This document shows, piece by piece, positions 9,840 to 18,586 of a stretch of DNA of 64,000 bases. The stretch is from positions 288,013-352,012 of the IMG/VR virus record IMGVR_UViG_3300046787_000200; one strand, given 5' to 3'. The notes beneath the pieces were generated by a model that had not been told where the DNA came from, did no database searches, and saw only the letters and a program-made list of their open reading frames with translations. How positions within the stretch are numbered: position 1 is the first letter of the stretch; each line of letters opens with the position of its first letter. The position numbers and the translations under genes were made by a program.

Positions 9840-10414
9840 ATTTTCCTCTTTAATAAATTTTCTATTTCTTCAGGTACCCAAGGTACTTCCATTCTCTCGG
9901 GGTGCCACACTACTGCGGCTATTTTACCAGTAATCCATGATTCACAATACCCATCAATGTCGACCGCTAACACAGTTGCTGTTTTTGGTGGTTTGTCTAT
10001 GCATAGATTATGATAGCTGTTTACTGTCTTTTCTTCATTTTTATACATAACCATATGATTGTTTCCCATATGTCTATATCTATTAGTAGTTGTAATTAAC
10101 TTATCATTAATCCAGGAACCACCGAATAATTTTGTTAGTAAAAATGCTCCTTGACAAATTCCTATTATAGTCTTATCAAACTGAATCATTTGTTCTATAA
10201 GTTTTGTTTCAACATCAGTGCGCAATAAACTATTACTTCCACCGGTAACTATTAAGCAATCTAGCTCACTTGCTATCTTAGTAAAGTCTTGTGACACATC
10301 ATTTTTTATAGTAGATATATGATGCTCCTTAAGATACGAGTACCAACCGTGTTCGGTTCTATCATATCTTATACCGTCAATATCTATGATTCCTTGAGTT
10401 AATCCTATTTTCAA
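9836..10414 (-). CDS. Class I glutamine amidotransferase / peptidase C26 family
   Basis: VTGG, GICQG nucleophile, VNSYH, WHPE. Confidence 0.85.
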   Translation of the reverse strand: MKIGLTQGIIDIDGIRYDRTEHGWYSYLKEHHISTIKNDVSQDFTKIASELDCLIVTGGSNSLLRTDVETKLIEQMIQFDKTIIGICQGAFLLTKLFGGSWINDKLITTTNRYRHMGNNHMVMYKNEEKTVNSYHNLCIDKPPKTATVLAVDIDGYCESWITGKIAAVVWHPERMEVPWVPEEIENLLKRKI

Positions 10415-10538
10415 TTTAATTGTCCAATTTTTTTATCATAAACTCTCCTTTTATTTTAATACGATTGTATAGAGATAAGTATATTTATAAAAATTTGTTA
10501 TCCATACGAATTATTTATCATTTTTAGAAAAATTTACT

Positions 10539-11267
10539 ATGAACACTAAAATTTTTAATCTTTTACAGAAAAATTTGCAACTTGCGTTTAATTTACCCAA
10601 GTACTCAAAAATTATTATTGACGGGGATACTATTGTACAAGACTTGCCCTGGACACCCGCACGATATCGTAAATTCAAAGATACGGTTGAATCTGAGTTA
10701 AGCTTACCTTGTGATTATATAGGAACGCTAAGAGATATCACCAATGACCTAAGTGAACGATACATTCTACGTTTTTTTAGTGAGATATGGAAACCTAGAA
10801 CCGGTGACTATGAGCATACTGGATGGGAGTTAGCTGAGGAAATAAACAAGCTTAATCCTGAAAAAGTATTAGATGTTGGATGTGGGTATCATCCATTTAA
10901 AGGCCGCATACAGAATATTATTGGTATTGATCCATACAATAACCAAGCTGATTATGAGGTTGACATACTTGAATATAAAGTTAAGCCTGAAAGCCACGAT
11001 GTTATTATGGCTTTAGGTAGTATAAATTTCAATTCACGTGATGAGATTGAGTCCCGATTCAGTCACTGTATCAATCTTTTAAAGAAAGGTGGCAAGTTCT
11101 ATCTACGTGCTAATCCAGGTATCCCGCACAAGACAGGACCGTATGTTGATATCTTCCCGTGGAGCTTTGAAGTTGTCAATGAGTTTGCTGAAAAATACAA
11201 TCTTAAATTAGAGACATTCAAAAAAGATGCTAACGATAGATTGTATTTTGTGTATCAAAAATTATGA
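10539..11267 (+). CDS. Class I SAM-dependent methyltransferase
   Basis: VLDVGCG, IGID, LKKGG. Confidence 0.8.
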   Translation: MNTKIFNLLQKNLQLAFNLPKYSKIIIDGDTIVQDLPWTPARYRKFKDTVESELSLPCDYIGTLRDITNDLSERYILRFFSEIWKPRTGDYEHTGWELAEEINKLNPEKVLDVGCGYHPFKGRIQNIIGIDPYNNQADYEVDILEYKVKPESHDVIMALGSINFNSRDEIESRFSHCINLLKKGGKFYLRANPGIPHKTGPYVDIFPWSFEVVNEFAEKYNLKLETFKKDANDRLYFVYQKL

Positions 11268-11770
11268 GGATAATTAGCTGTATTCATAGCTAGCCATCTA
11301 TAATACAGTTCACCATCCATATATGGAATTTCATATTTTTTTAATTGTTCTAATAACTTACCTTTGATAATATCAGATAGTTCAATAGTATAATTAGAAA
11401 ATCTATTATGAAATTCCATTTCTGTTTTTAAATTTTCTTTATAAAAATCTACATTAGGATAAATTATCCCTAATCTAGCAACACACCATTGAAGTAAATC
11501 TTCAGAATTCACATTTATGGTAATTGTTTTATATCTAGTATCAGTCATCACCGATTCAACATAATGTTGACAGCTAATTGATTTGAAGTTTAATGATGCA
11601 TTTTCTAACATTGTCGGTAAACTATTAAGATCCACGTGATTATTTTTTAACAATCTTCGTTGATTTATAAAACTGATGGATCCTTTATGTGTTAATGATG
11701 CACCTTTGTTATCTATGACTGCGCTTACTATATCACCGCATGCACCGGGTATTGCTCTTATAATATACAT
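11255..11770 (-). CDS. Degenerate sulfotransferase-like protein
   Basis: PGACGD N-terminal loop; paralogous to 12514..13116. Confidence 0.5.
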   Translation of the reverse strand: MYIIRAIPGACGDIVSAVIDNKGASLTHKGSISFINQRRLLKNNHVDLNSLPTMLENASLNFKSISCQHYVESVMTDTRYKTITINVNSEDLLQWCVARLGIIYPNVDFYKENLKTEMEFHNRFSNYTIELSDIIKGKLLEQLKKYEIPYMDGELYYRWLAMNTANYPHNF

Positions 11771-11785
11771 CGTCTATTTATAGCC

Positions 11786-11814
11786 AAAAAAATAGGACCC
11801 GAAGGTCCTATTTT
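11786..11814. terminator. Intrinsic terminator, probably bidirectional
   Basis: A7-TAGGACC CGAA GGTCCTA-T4. Confidence 0.8.
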
Positions 11815-12376
11815 ACATTGTGGGTCCGTTGCCATTTTTAAAGCCAACTGTTCCACCTTCTGATACTATTCTTTTCATTACATCTTCAAACAACATGGGT
11901 CTGTAATCTGTTTGCTCAACACATACACAATGATATCTTGGATCAATAGTATTACCTAACATAACACGGTTTGCATGTAAATGTCCGTGAATGTTAACAC
12001 CAAAACGACCTAATGATTCAGTATGAATTGGAATATGACTTAAGATCATCCCGTTCATTACATGATATGCACGTAATTCACGGAAGTATTGTCTATAATC
12101 ATCATCACGGAAGATATCATGGTTACCGCGAATTAACACTTTATCACCATTAAGTCTGCCTAATGTCTTTAAAGCTTTGCGGTTAATGACAACATCACCT
12201 AAGTGATATACTTTATCATTTGGTCGTACAGTTTCATTCCAACGCTTCACCATTTCTTCATCCATCTCATCTGGATCAGTCCATGGTCTTAATTTTGTAA
12301 CACCGTCGTTACGTGTGAATCTACATACTCCGGTATGCCCGAAGTGTGTATCACTTGTTAAAAATACTGCAGGCAT
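11813..12376 (-). CDS. Calcineurin-like metallophosphoesterase
   Basis: SDTHFGH, LGD, GNHD, HGHLH motifs. Confidence 0.9.
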   Translation of the reverse strand: MPAVFLTSDTHFGHTGVCRFTRNDGVTKLRPWTDPDEMDEEMVKRWNETVRPNDKVYHLGDVVINRKALKTLGRLNGDKVLIRGNHDIFRDDDYRQYFRELRAYHVMNGMILSHIPIHTESLGRFGVNIHGHLHANRVMLGNTIDPRYHCVCVEQTDYRPMLFEDVMKRIVSEGGTVGFKNGNGPTM

Positions 12377-12403
12377 ATATTACTCCTCTTAGTCAATACA
12401 AGT

Positions 12404-12432
12404 ATTATACACCCATATTGATTTACTGTCAA
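12404..12432 (-). promoter_or_regulatory. Sigma70 promoter TTGACA-17-TATAAT
   Basis: Perfect consensus. Confidence 0.85.
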
Positions 12433-12437
12433 TTGTT

Positions 12438-12511
12438 TGGCATACCCCCAAGGATTCGAACCTTGACCAGCGGTTTTGGAGACCGATATGCTGCCATTAC
12501 ACTAGGGATAC
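12438..12511 (-). tRNA. tRNA-Trp(CCA)
   Basis: Cloverleaf, loop CTCCAAA, encoded CCA end. Confidence 0.9.
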
Positions 12512-12513
12512 AT

Positions 12514-13116
12514 TTATTCTACGGGTGGCAATTTACTGATAATAGTAGATAACCAATGTTGATATATATCATCATTTAAAGGTGTATCTATCCATTGCTG
12601 TAACACTGATATTAGTTTACCTTCTAATATATCTTTAAAATCAATAACTTTTATATTTTTAAATGTTTTTGCGAACCTGATTCGATTCGATCGGTCTGTA
12701 TAATGCTCATCGCTAAAAACGGGATGATCCTTAGGAGATAACCATCTACATCTATCCATACACCATTTTGTATATTTGTATTCTGAATCGTCAATTACGA
12801 TGATTTCAGAATCTAATAACTCTGCCCAGCGAATTACAGTGAAATCATGTCCAGTAGTTAATGATTTATATTTTTTTTCTAAGTTGATAAAAAGTTCTGA
12901 CTTTTCAGTCTTCCCTGTTATTTGATTTAGTGTGACTAGTAAGTCATTACAATATAATCCTTGTTTATGGGAATTTATTATATTCATTTTAAATAAAAAT
13001 CGCTCGGATCTAGGAGTAGCAGTAACATCAATAGATGTTGCTCTATAGTCAGTAGAATCTATTACTGCACTGACCATGTCTCCGCCCGAACCTGCATTAT
13101 ACAAAATAAAAATCAT
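12514..13116 (-). CDS. Degenerate sulfotransferase-like protein
   Basis: YNAGSGGD loop; paralogue of 11255..11770. Confidence 0.5.
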   Translation of the reverse strand: MIFILYNAGSGGDMVSAVIDSTDYRATSIDVTATPRSERFLFKMNIINSHKQGLYCNDLLVTLNQITGKTEKSELFINLEKKYKSLTTGHDFTVIRWAELLDSEIIVIDDSEYKYTKWCMDRCRWLSPKDHPVFSDEHYTDRSNRIRFAKTFKNIKVIDFKDILEGKLISVLQQWIDTPLNDDIYQHWLSTIISKLPPVE

Positions 13117-13123
13117 TCATTAT

Positions 13124-13666
13124 TTATACTAATGGAATGTTCAGTTCTTTTAATTTGTTAAGATAGTGTACTTGACCTTGACTAACAGTTGAACGCCAAT
13201 CATTCAATGAATCTTCATTCGCACCATCGCTAACAAACTTATAACATAAAAATTCTATGTTATGTTTCTTACATACTTTTGCAATAGCATATGCTTCCAT
13301 ATCTACTAGATCAGCAGGGATAAGCAAGTTATTATCAGTGACAAAGTTATCTCCTGTACTGCATGTTAGTCCGTCACCATTATCAATGATAATAGTATCT
13401 TCAAATGGTGTTTGACCTGGTTGACTGCCCAACTCACAACACATCATATCACGCTGTACAAACTTTGAAACTTGATGAAATCCTGACTTAACTGTGATTC
13501 CACCTGCAGTACCGAAGTTAATAACACGTTTTGGGTTATACTTAGTGATAAGTTCTGCCGCGGTCATTGCGGCATTGACTTTACCCACACCAGTATAGAA
13601 GACCTTCATGCTGTAATGCATATCGGGTGCTTCGTCTTTAAGTGCGATAAGAATCAAATCATGCAT
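13124..13666 (-). CDS. mtnN: MTA/SAH nucleosidase (purine nucleoside phosphorylase family)
   Basis: GVGKVNAA, NFGTAGG, TGDNF, VDMEAYA, VSD. Confidence 0.8.
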   Translation of the reverse strand: MHDLILIALKDEAPDMHYSMKVFYTGVGKVNAAMTAAELITKYNPKRVINFGTAGGITVKSGFHQVSKFVQRDMMCCELGSQPGQTPFEDTIIIDNGDGLTCSTGDNFVTDNNLLIPADLVDMEAYAIAKVCKKHNIEFLCYKFVSDGANEDSLNDWRSTVSQGQVHYLNKLKELNIPLV

Positions 13667-13880
13667 TTTTTCTAATGCGTTTTAGATATTCACGACCCAC
13701 TAATCCCTGCTCAATTTCCATCAATGCAGTTACAGTTGGGCCTGCTTTAGTATTAAGTGTAGAACGATGTCCTCGCTTCAATTCTCGTACACGCTGTGCG
13801 GCAATAAGAACTAAATCAAATCGATTGCCAACGGCTAATGCGGCTTCTTCACTTGTATATCTTGCTCTGCTTTCAGTCAT
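13659..13880 (-). CDS. rpoZ: RNA polymerase omega subunit
   Basis: ARYTSEEA...VGNRFDLVLIAAQR.REL...PTVTALMEIEQG. Confidence 0.9.
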   Translation of the reverse strand: MTESRARYTSEEAALAVGNRFDLVLIAAQRVRELKRGHRSTLNTKAGPTVTALMEIEQGLVGREYLKRIRKNA

Positions 13881-13902
13881 TTTCTTCCTTTAAAAGTTAA
13901 AA

Positions 13903-14550
13903 TTAATCTAAGAATAATAAGTTATTGTTTTTAAAAACATCTCTCCAATAACCTGTTTTAGGTACAAGTGCCCATAGTTTGGTTTTCTCAAATACAATTA
14001 ATGTTTTTGCGTTTCTATTTTGCCCTACTGCTAAAAGCACACCGGGGAAAATTTTTGCATAATCATCACCTATTAATAAATCATCATCGGTTACATACTT
14101 AAGAATATCATGCTGTACTGATTCGTACACGTGAGATCCATCAATAAAAGTTAAATTAAATTTTTTATTCTTATTATATAATTCGCTTGATATAACTTGA
14201 AGATTTATATCATTATACATTTTATCACCAATGCAATATTTAAAGCCGGCTTGCCATCCTTGTTCTGTTACAATTTGATTTATTTTTTCAAAATCACTAT
14301 ACTCAGTTGCATGACGCAGTGAAAACTTAAAATTTTTAAAATTTTCTGTATTAAGCGCAGTGAAGTTGTCAACCACTTCTAGTGAGACTGAATCTAACTT
14401 ACCTCGATACAATGCAGTTGTTGAGAGTCCTAAAAAACAACCAATTTCAAGTATAGAGCCATTCTCGGGGACATATCCTGCCAAAGTATGAAGTATTGAC
14501 AACTCTTTTTCATTCATCCATCCTGGTATATCTATATTGTATTTTTGCAT
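13903..14550 (-). CDS. Class I SAM methyltransferase (Methyltransf_24-like)
   Basis: GWM, ILEIGCFLGLST, FIDGSH.YE.V..D, GDDY. Confidence 0.8.
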   Translation of the reverse strand: MQKYNIDIPGWMNEKELSILHTLAGYVPENGSILEIGCFLGLSTTALYRGKLDSVSLEVVDNFTALNTENFKNFKFSLRHATEYSDFEKINQIVTEQGWQAGFKYCIGDKMYNDINLQVISSELYNKNKKFNLTFIDGSHVYESVQHDILKYVTDDDLLIGDDYAKIFPGVLLAVGQNRNAKTLIVFEKTKLWALVPKTGYWRDVFKNNNLLFLD

Positions 14551-14565
14551 ATTATGTTATAAGTT

Positions 14566-14641
14566 TGGAGCGGCTAACGAGGCTCGAACTCGTGACCTAT
14601 ACCTTGGCAAGGTATCGCTCTACCAACTGAGCTACAGCCGC
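14566..14641 (-). tRNA. tRNA-Gly(GCC)
   Basis: Cloverleaf, loop TTGCCAA, CCA. Confidence 0.95.
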
Positions 14642-14648
14642 ATTATTT

Positions 14649-14724
14649 TGGTACATCGTGACGGGCTCGAACCGCCGACAGCCACCGTGTAAGGATGGAG
14701 CTCTACCAACTGAGCTAACGATGC
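14649..14724 (-). tRNA. tRNA-Val(TAC)
   Basis: Cloverleaf, loop CTTACAC, CCA. Confidence 0.95.
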
Positions 14725-14734
14725 ATTATTCTAT

Positions 14735-14926
14735 TTAACCACCTTGAGTGGAATCTTTAATATCTGTGTCAATATCAAGTTCAACATTAGATGAATCAAT
14801 GCGACTAGTGCCTGGAGCCGGTTGCTTGCCATCATCTACTTGATTTTTTCTAAAGATGTTGTCCCAGTTATTATCAAACGTTTTTAAATTAACGCTGTAT
14901 GGTCTAGGAGTACTACCCTTGCTCAC
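14735..14926 (-). CDS. Small phage protein (SKGS.PRP.SV...F..NWD.IF)
   Basis: GAGGAG SD, GTG start overlapping the upstream stop. Confidence 0.65.
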   Translation of the reverse strand: MSKGSTPRPYSVNLKTFDNNWDNIFRKNQVDDGKQPAPGTSRIDSSNVELDIDTDIKDSTQGG

Positions 14927-15087
14927 TTTTTGTCTCCTCGACTAGCCGAGCGTGAATTACTCTTTTCAATTTCTACAAAACTGCGAATGAATGCGCCACG
15001 CACATGTGCATCGGCAATAAGTGATGCCGCACGTTTAACTGTTTTAGACACTTTAACTGCCTTTGGATCATAACCTCTACAACTCAT
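14923..15087 (-). CDS. 54-aa basic protein (MSCRGYDPKAVKVSK...)
   Basis: AAAGGA SD; GTGA overlap with the next gene; below the track size cutoff. Confidence 0.6.
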   Translation of the reverse strand: MSCRGYDPKAVKVSKTVKRAASLIADAHVRGAFIRSFVEIEKSNSRSASRGDKK

Positions 15088-15109
15088 ATTATTTCCTTTT
15101 GTTTAAAAT

Positions 15110-15186
15110 TGGTCGGAGTACAAGGATTCGAACCTTGGACCCCCTGGTCCCAAACCAGGTGCGCTACCAGACTGCGCTACACTCCG
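15110..15186 (-). tRNA. tRNA-Pro(TGG)
   Basis: Cloverleaf, loop TTTGGGA, CCA. Confidence 0.95.
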
Positions 15187-15193
15187 AATATAC

Positions 15194-15514
15194 TTACCAG
15201 TAGTACCAGTGAGGCTTGCGGCTCACACTGGGGTAATCAATGATATCTAAATCATTAATATCTACTTTTAATACATTTTTCTCCCACTGACGACCTTTTG
15301 CTCGTTGTGGTTGATTCATCATTTCACGTATCCACCACATAGGTGTACTCATCCAATGATGTTCTGTATCAACATTCTTTTTCTTTTTAGTTAGTACCCC
15401 GGGATATTGCAAGTAATCAATATACTTACGACCACCGACGAAGTAATACTTATAATCCCATTGTTCCTCAGGATATCTGAGTTTACTGGGAAGGTCTTTA
15501 TACGTCCTAGACAT
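15194..15514 (-). CDS. Basic hypothetical protein (MSRT...)
   Basis: AAGGAG SD. Confidence 0.65.
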   Translation of the reverse strand: MSRTYKDLPSKLRYPEEQWDYKYYFVGGRKYIDYLQYPGVLTKKKKNVDTEHHWMSTPMWWIREMMNQPQRAKGRQWEKNVLKVDINDLDIIDYPSVSRKPHWYYW

Positions 15515-15563
15515 GATGTTCTCCTTATCTAAAATCGCATATTGACCTCTCTTTCTTTATGTT

Positions 15564-15638
15564 TGGATGCGGGTGACAGATTCGAACTGCCGATGCTCCT
15601 GGCTTATGAGACCGAAGTGGTGACCAACCCTACCCGCG
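15564..15638 (-). tRNA. Initiator-like tRNA-Met(CAT) with reduced D arm
   Basis: CGCGGG 5' end with C1:A72 mismatch, loop CTCATAA, CCA. Confidence 0.75.
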
Positions 15639-15710
15639 TAATTTATAAATGTATTTCTTTTTCACTTATAGAGCCGGTCTTATCAGCCGGGTATGAAACA
15701 CACTTATAAA

Positions 15711-15910
15711 GTGAGACTGCTACTTACACCACATAAGCCCAATCTCTGAGTAGTTACCCTGTCCACGTGTTTATTTCTTTTAGCGGCAGTTAGCGTTCTG
15801 CACTTTGTGATTTCTCAAACAGCCCTAAAGAGGCCTTTGCGGTAGATCCAATGCACCGTGCTTTTAAGGTGTTGCAATTACCTAACTCTATTACGCTAAG
15901 TTAACGCGGG
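15711..15910 (-). ncRNA. Candidate structured ncRNA between tRNAs
   Basis: About 200 nt with no credible ORF, relatively GC-rich, several hairpins. Confidence 0.4.
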
Positions 15911-15915
15911 TTTAT

Positions 15916-15989
15916 TGGTGGAGGATGGGAGAATCGAACTCCCACGAAAACCTTGCAAAGGTCCCAGGCTCCCATTACATCAATCCCCC
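15916..15989 (-). tRNA. tRNA-Ala(TGC)
   Basis: G3:U70, loop TTTGCAA, CCA. Confidence 0.92.
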
Positions 15990-16534
15990 GAATTATATTT
16001 CTTGTCCCATGCTTCTATACGGTTAAGTAATTGTTCATAGGACATTGTATTATTCTTGCCTTTAGATACATTTTTTCCGTGTTGCATCAAAACACAATTT
16101 GCCGGATGAGCTAAATGCTCTGATGGCAAATTATTATCATAACCATATCTCACACTAACTGCATGGTCTCTACTAACACCAGACAGATTGTTACCTCTGT
16201 TCTTTGGCTTGTACCAACCGTAGCTTTCGATCAATGTAAAATCAAACTCATCAGGGAAATCCGATAAGTTAAACGTAAACGCACAATCTGCTCTATAATT
16301 TACAAGAGCAGACCTATGTTTTCTTACTTCAGAATAATCTCTAGGCTTCATTTCCTGTGCGACTTTTCCGGCGTCTGAGAGACTCCTAGAAGTGAACAAG
16401 TTCAAGGTTCTAGCCTTAGCTATGGTCTTTCCACTCATTACATATTTCTTACATAAGTCTCGGGTTGATAAGCCAGCATCGTAGTCAGATTGTATCTGGC
16501 TCCATAGCATATCAGTGATAAAAATTCGTTTCAT
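15980..16534 (-). CDS. HNH-like endonuclease with N-terminal HTH (likely start MKRIF)
   Basis: SRDH...H..N......N..K; ATAAATA 5 nt before ATG; stop lies within the 5' end of tRNA-Ala. Confidence 0.6.
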   Translation of the reverse strand: MKRIFITDMLWSQIQSDYDAGLSTRDLCKKYVMSGKTIAKARTLNLFTSRSLSDAGKVAQEMKPRDYSEVRKHRSALVNYRADCAFTFNLSDFPDEFDFTLIESYGWYKPKNRGNNLSGVSRDHAVSVRYGYDNNLPSEHLAHPANCVLMQHGKNVSKGKNNTMSYEQLLNRIEAWDKKYNSGD

Positions 16535-16577
16535 ACTCTTATTTATCACCGGCTATTCAACTGCTCTCCCAAAGCTT

Positions 16578-16662
16578 TGGTGCGGATGGTGAGACTCGAA
16601 CTCACACACCTTTCGGCGACGGCTTCTAAGACCGTTGCGGCTACCAATTACGCCACATCCGC
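16578..16662 (-). tRNA. tRNA-Leu(TAG)
   Basis: Loop CTTAGAA, long variable arm, CCA. Confidence 0.95.
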
Positions 16663-16669
16663 ATTAAAC

Positions 16670-16716
16670 TTTTAAAGAACAAGTAGTATTATAACAGAGA
16701 ACTATTTATCTGTCTA
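16670..16716 (-). promoter_or_regulatory. Sigma70 promoter TAGACA-17-TATAAT followed by boxA-like TTGTTCTTTAAAA
   Basis: Hexamers at 16711-16716 and 16688-16693; boxA at 16670-16682. Confidence 0.7.
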
Positions 16717-16732
16717 CAATATTTGGGTAATT

Positions 16733-16806
16733 TGGAGCGGGGTAAGAGAATCGAACTCTCCGCATCAGCTTGGAAGGCTGAGGTATTACCACTATACGAA
16801 CCCCGC
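16733..16806 (-). tRNA. tRNA-Gly(TCC)
   Basis: Loop CTTCCAA, CCA. Confidence 0.95.
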
Positions 16807-16814
16807 ATGTATTC

Positions 16815-16891
16815 TGGAGTAGGTGACAGGACTTGAACCTGCATAAGACGGATTTGCAATCCGTAGCCTGACCATTCAGCGACACACCTAC
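16815..16891 (-). tRNA. tRNA-Cys(GCA)
   Basis: Loop TTGCAAA, U73, CCA. Confidence 0.92.
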
Positions 16892-16897
16892 ATAAAA

Positions 16898-17005
16898 GCA
16901 TATATAAACACACCTTACCTAGCATTATCAGTGCAAGCCTTGCAGGAACCGGCTTATAGACTATCTAGGTTTCACAGATTCCACGATGGGTGTGTTTATA
17001 TATGC
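16898..17005 (-). repeat. Conserved inverted-repeat stem with variable cargo, copy 1
   Basis: GCATATATAAACACACC...GGTGTGTTTATATATGC, 17-bp perfect stem. Confidence 0.8.
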
Positions 17006-17220
17006 TCTGCATCCCCCGGCGGTAATTGTAGTAAATCTTTAACAAGCCACGTTCTCGCATGACTGAGAAACTAGCATCATTATGTTTACCTTCCACCCGC
17101 TTCCCGACAGGGACCGTTCTCGCATTGCTAGCGGCCTTTTGGTAAGAAGACTACCACCCTTAGTTATCACACTACTTCTCATCGTACGGGTCATACTATC
17201 TGTTGATTAGACAGAACGTT
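17006..17220 (-). ncRNA. Candidate ~210-nt structured RNA, possibly manA-like
   Basis: No ORF, GC-rich, long-range pairings ACCCG/CGGGT and CCCTGTCGG/CCGCCGGGG; class guessed only from size and tRNA context. Confidence 0.4.
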
Positions 17221-17221
17221 C

Positions 17222-17309
17222 TGGTGGAGAGTGTGGGATTCGAACCCACGCACCCATTGCTGAATGACAGATTAGCAATCTGTTGGTTTAACCACTCACC
17301 CAACTCTCC
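17222..17309 (-). tRNA. tRNA-Ser(GCT)
   Basis: Loop TTGCTAA, long variable arm, CCA. Confidence 0.95.
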
Positions 17310-17315
17310 AAATCT

Positions 17316-17400
17316 TATTATACTGAAACACACTACCAACCACCAAAGAGGGTGATTTCGTTTGAGTCAACAAAAAGAAATAATGTGTTTTAGTATAATG
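17316..17400 (-). repeat. Inverted-repeat stem with variable cargo, copy 2
   Basis: ATTATACTGAAACACACTA...TAATGTGTTTTAGTATAAT on the + strand. Confidence 0.8.
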
Positions 17401-18270
17401 GAGCACTGAGAATACATGCTTACCGAGTAACACCTCAGACATTATTGTAAACCTTGCGAGCCTACTTTCTTCTGATTTCCACTAAGCCCTGCTTTTACAC
17501 AGTAACCTAGTCTGTTACCAACATCGCCGTTTTAAGTCAGGCATTAGACTTGACATTGTATGCTATTCTACGCTTTCTACTCCGTTGACCTTTAGAGCCA
17601 TTCACTACCGCTAAGTAGTTACGAAACTTCCTGCATAAACTGTTTTCACCTTGCGAGTTACGACAGACTTGATTGTGTTGCCACTCAAGTATTAGATGCT
17701 TTTCACATACAACCGAGACAGACTTTGCATTTTTATAAGATAGTAGGAGTTGAACCTACAGCCTATTCCTTAAAAGGGAATCACTCTACCATTGAGTTAT
17801 ATCAACCTACTGTGATGTGCTGTCTCAGTTGCTTCATAATCTTTTGGACTACAAAATACAACACGCCACGTACCTTTTGTCTCGCGGACTACTCAGTCGT
17901 TTTTTGCGATTAATGTTGCCCCGCCGGTTTCCCGACAACACCATCAACCACTCAAACTGCATACGAACTCTTAGGTGCGACCCCTCGAATCAATACACTA
18001 CCCTTTCTCATACCAGTTAACTGGGCTGGTTTTGTTGTGAGGTCAGCACCACCTGTTACTCTCTGTCTGCCTGTCTTACCCTCACGGGAACATAAACAAA
18101 CATTCTTTCCACAACTCCCAGCGTCACTGTTATCACCACCCGTCTTATAGATGATGACTGCCTCACGGCAGTGAGCAGGCTTGCTTAGATGAACTATTAC
18201 TAGCGCGGGTCTGTAGGAGACGACCGCTTTGGGCATATCACTATGCTTATTCTAATGAGGCTAAGCCCCC
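17399..18270 (-). ncRNA. GOLLD-like giant ornate RNA (~870 nt) with an embedded tRNA-like domain
   Basis: No credible ORF; many GNRA-capped hairpins; 12-bp stem 17710-17721/17820-17831 encloses a tRNA-like unit; lies in a phage tRNA array. Confidence 0.6.
17736..17806 (-). pseudogene. tRNA-Lys(TTT)-like element inside the large ncRNA
   Basis: Intact D, anticodon (ATTCC-CTTTTAA-GGAAT) and T arms; only 4-bp acceptor stem and no CCA. Confidence 0.7.
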
Positions 18271-18274
18271 AAAA

Positions 18275-18390
18275 TTCTTATACAAATACACATTCACAGG
18301 AATCGAACCTGCCGACCTCGCTCTATACAGGGCGATGCTATATCCACTATATCAGCGTGTACGGCGCTTTTATGTGTATGTGTATAAGAA
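18275..18390 (-). repeat. Inverted-repeat stem, copy 3, whose cargo is a degenerate tRNA (GTA-centred loop)
   Basis: TTCTTATACAAATACACAT...ATGTGTATGTGTATAAGAA; internal T arm GCAGG-TTCGATT-CCTGT. Confidence 0.65.
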
Positions 18391-18400
18391 CTATACAAAA

Positions 18401-18477
18401 TGGTGCCTCGAACTGGACTCGAACCAGTAACCTAACGATTATGAGTCGTGTGCTCTAACCAATTGAGCTATCAAGGC
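18401..18477 (-). tRNA. tRNA-Ile2(CAT), lysidine type; Met not excluded
   Basis: CGA-CTCATAA-TCG anticodon arm as in ileX; CCA. Confidence 0.8.
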
Positions 18478-18481
18478 AATT

Positions 18482-18567
18482 TGGTGCGACTGGCCGGACT
18501 CGAACCGGCACGCTATTACGGCGAGAGATTTTAAGTCTCTTGTGGCTACCAATTACACCACAGTCGC
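18482..18567 (-). tRNA. tRNA-Leu(TAA)
   Basis: Loop CTTAAAA, long variable arm, CCA. Confidence 0.95.
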
Positions 18568-18586
18568 AAAAACTTTTTCAACTAAC

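Noticed and set aside
16915-16988. Hammerhead or twister ribozyme in the cargo of stem copy 1
   Set aside because: GAAAC...GTA stem is present but there is no correctly placed CUGANGA core; twister pseudoknots not found.
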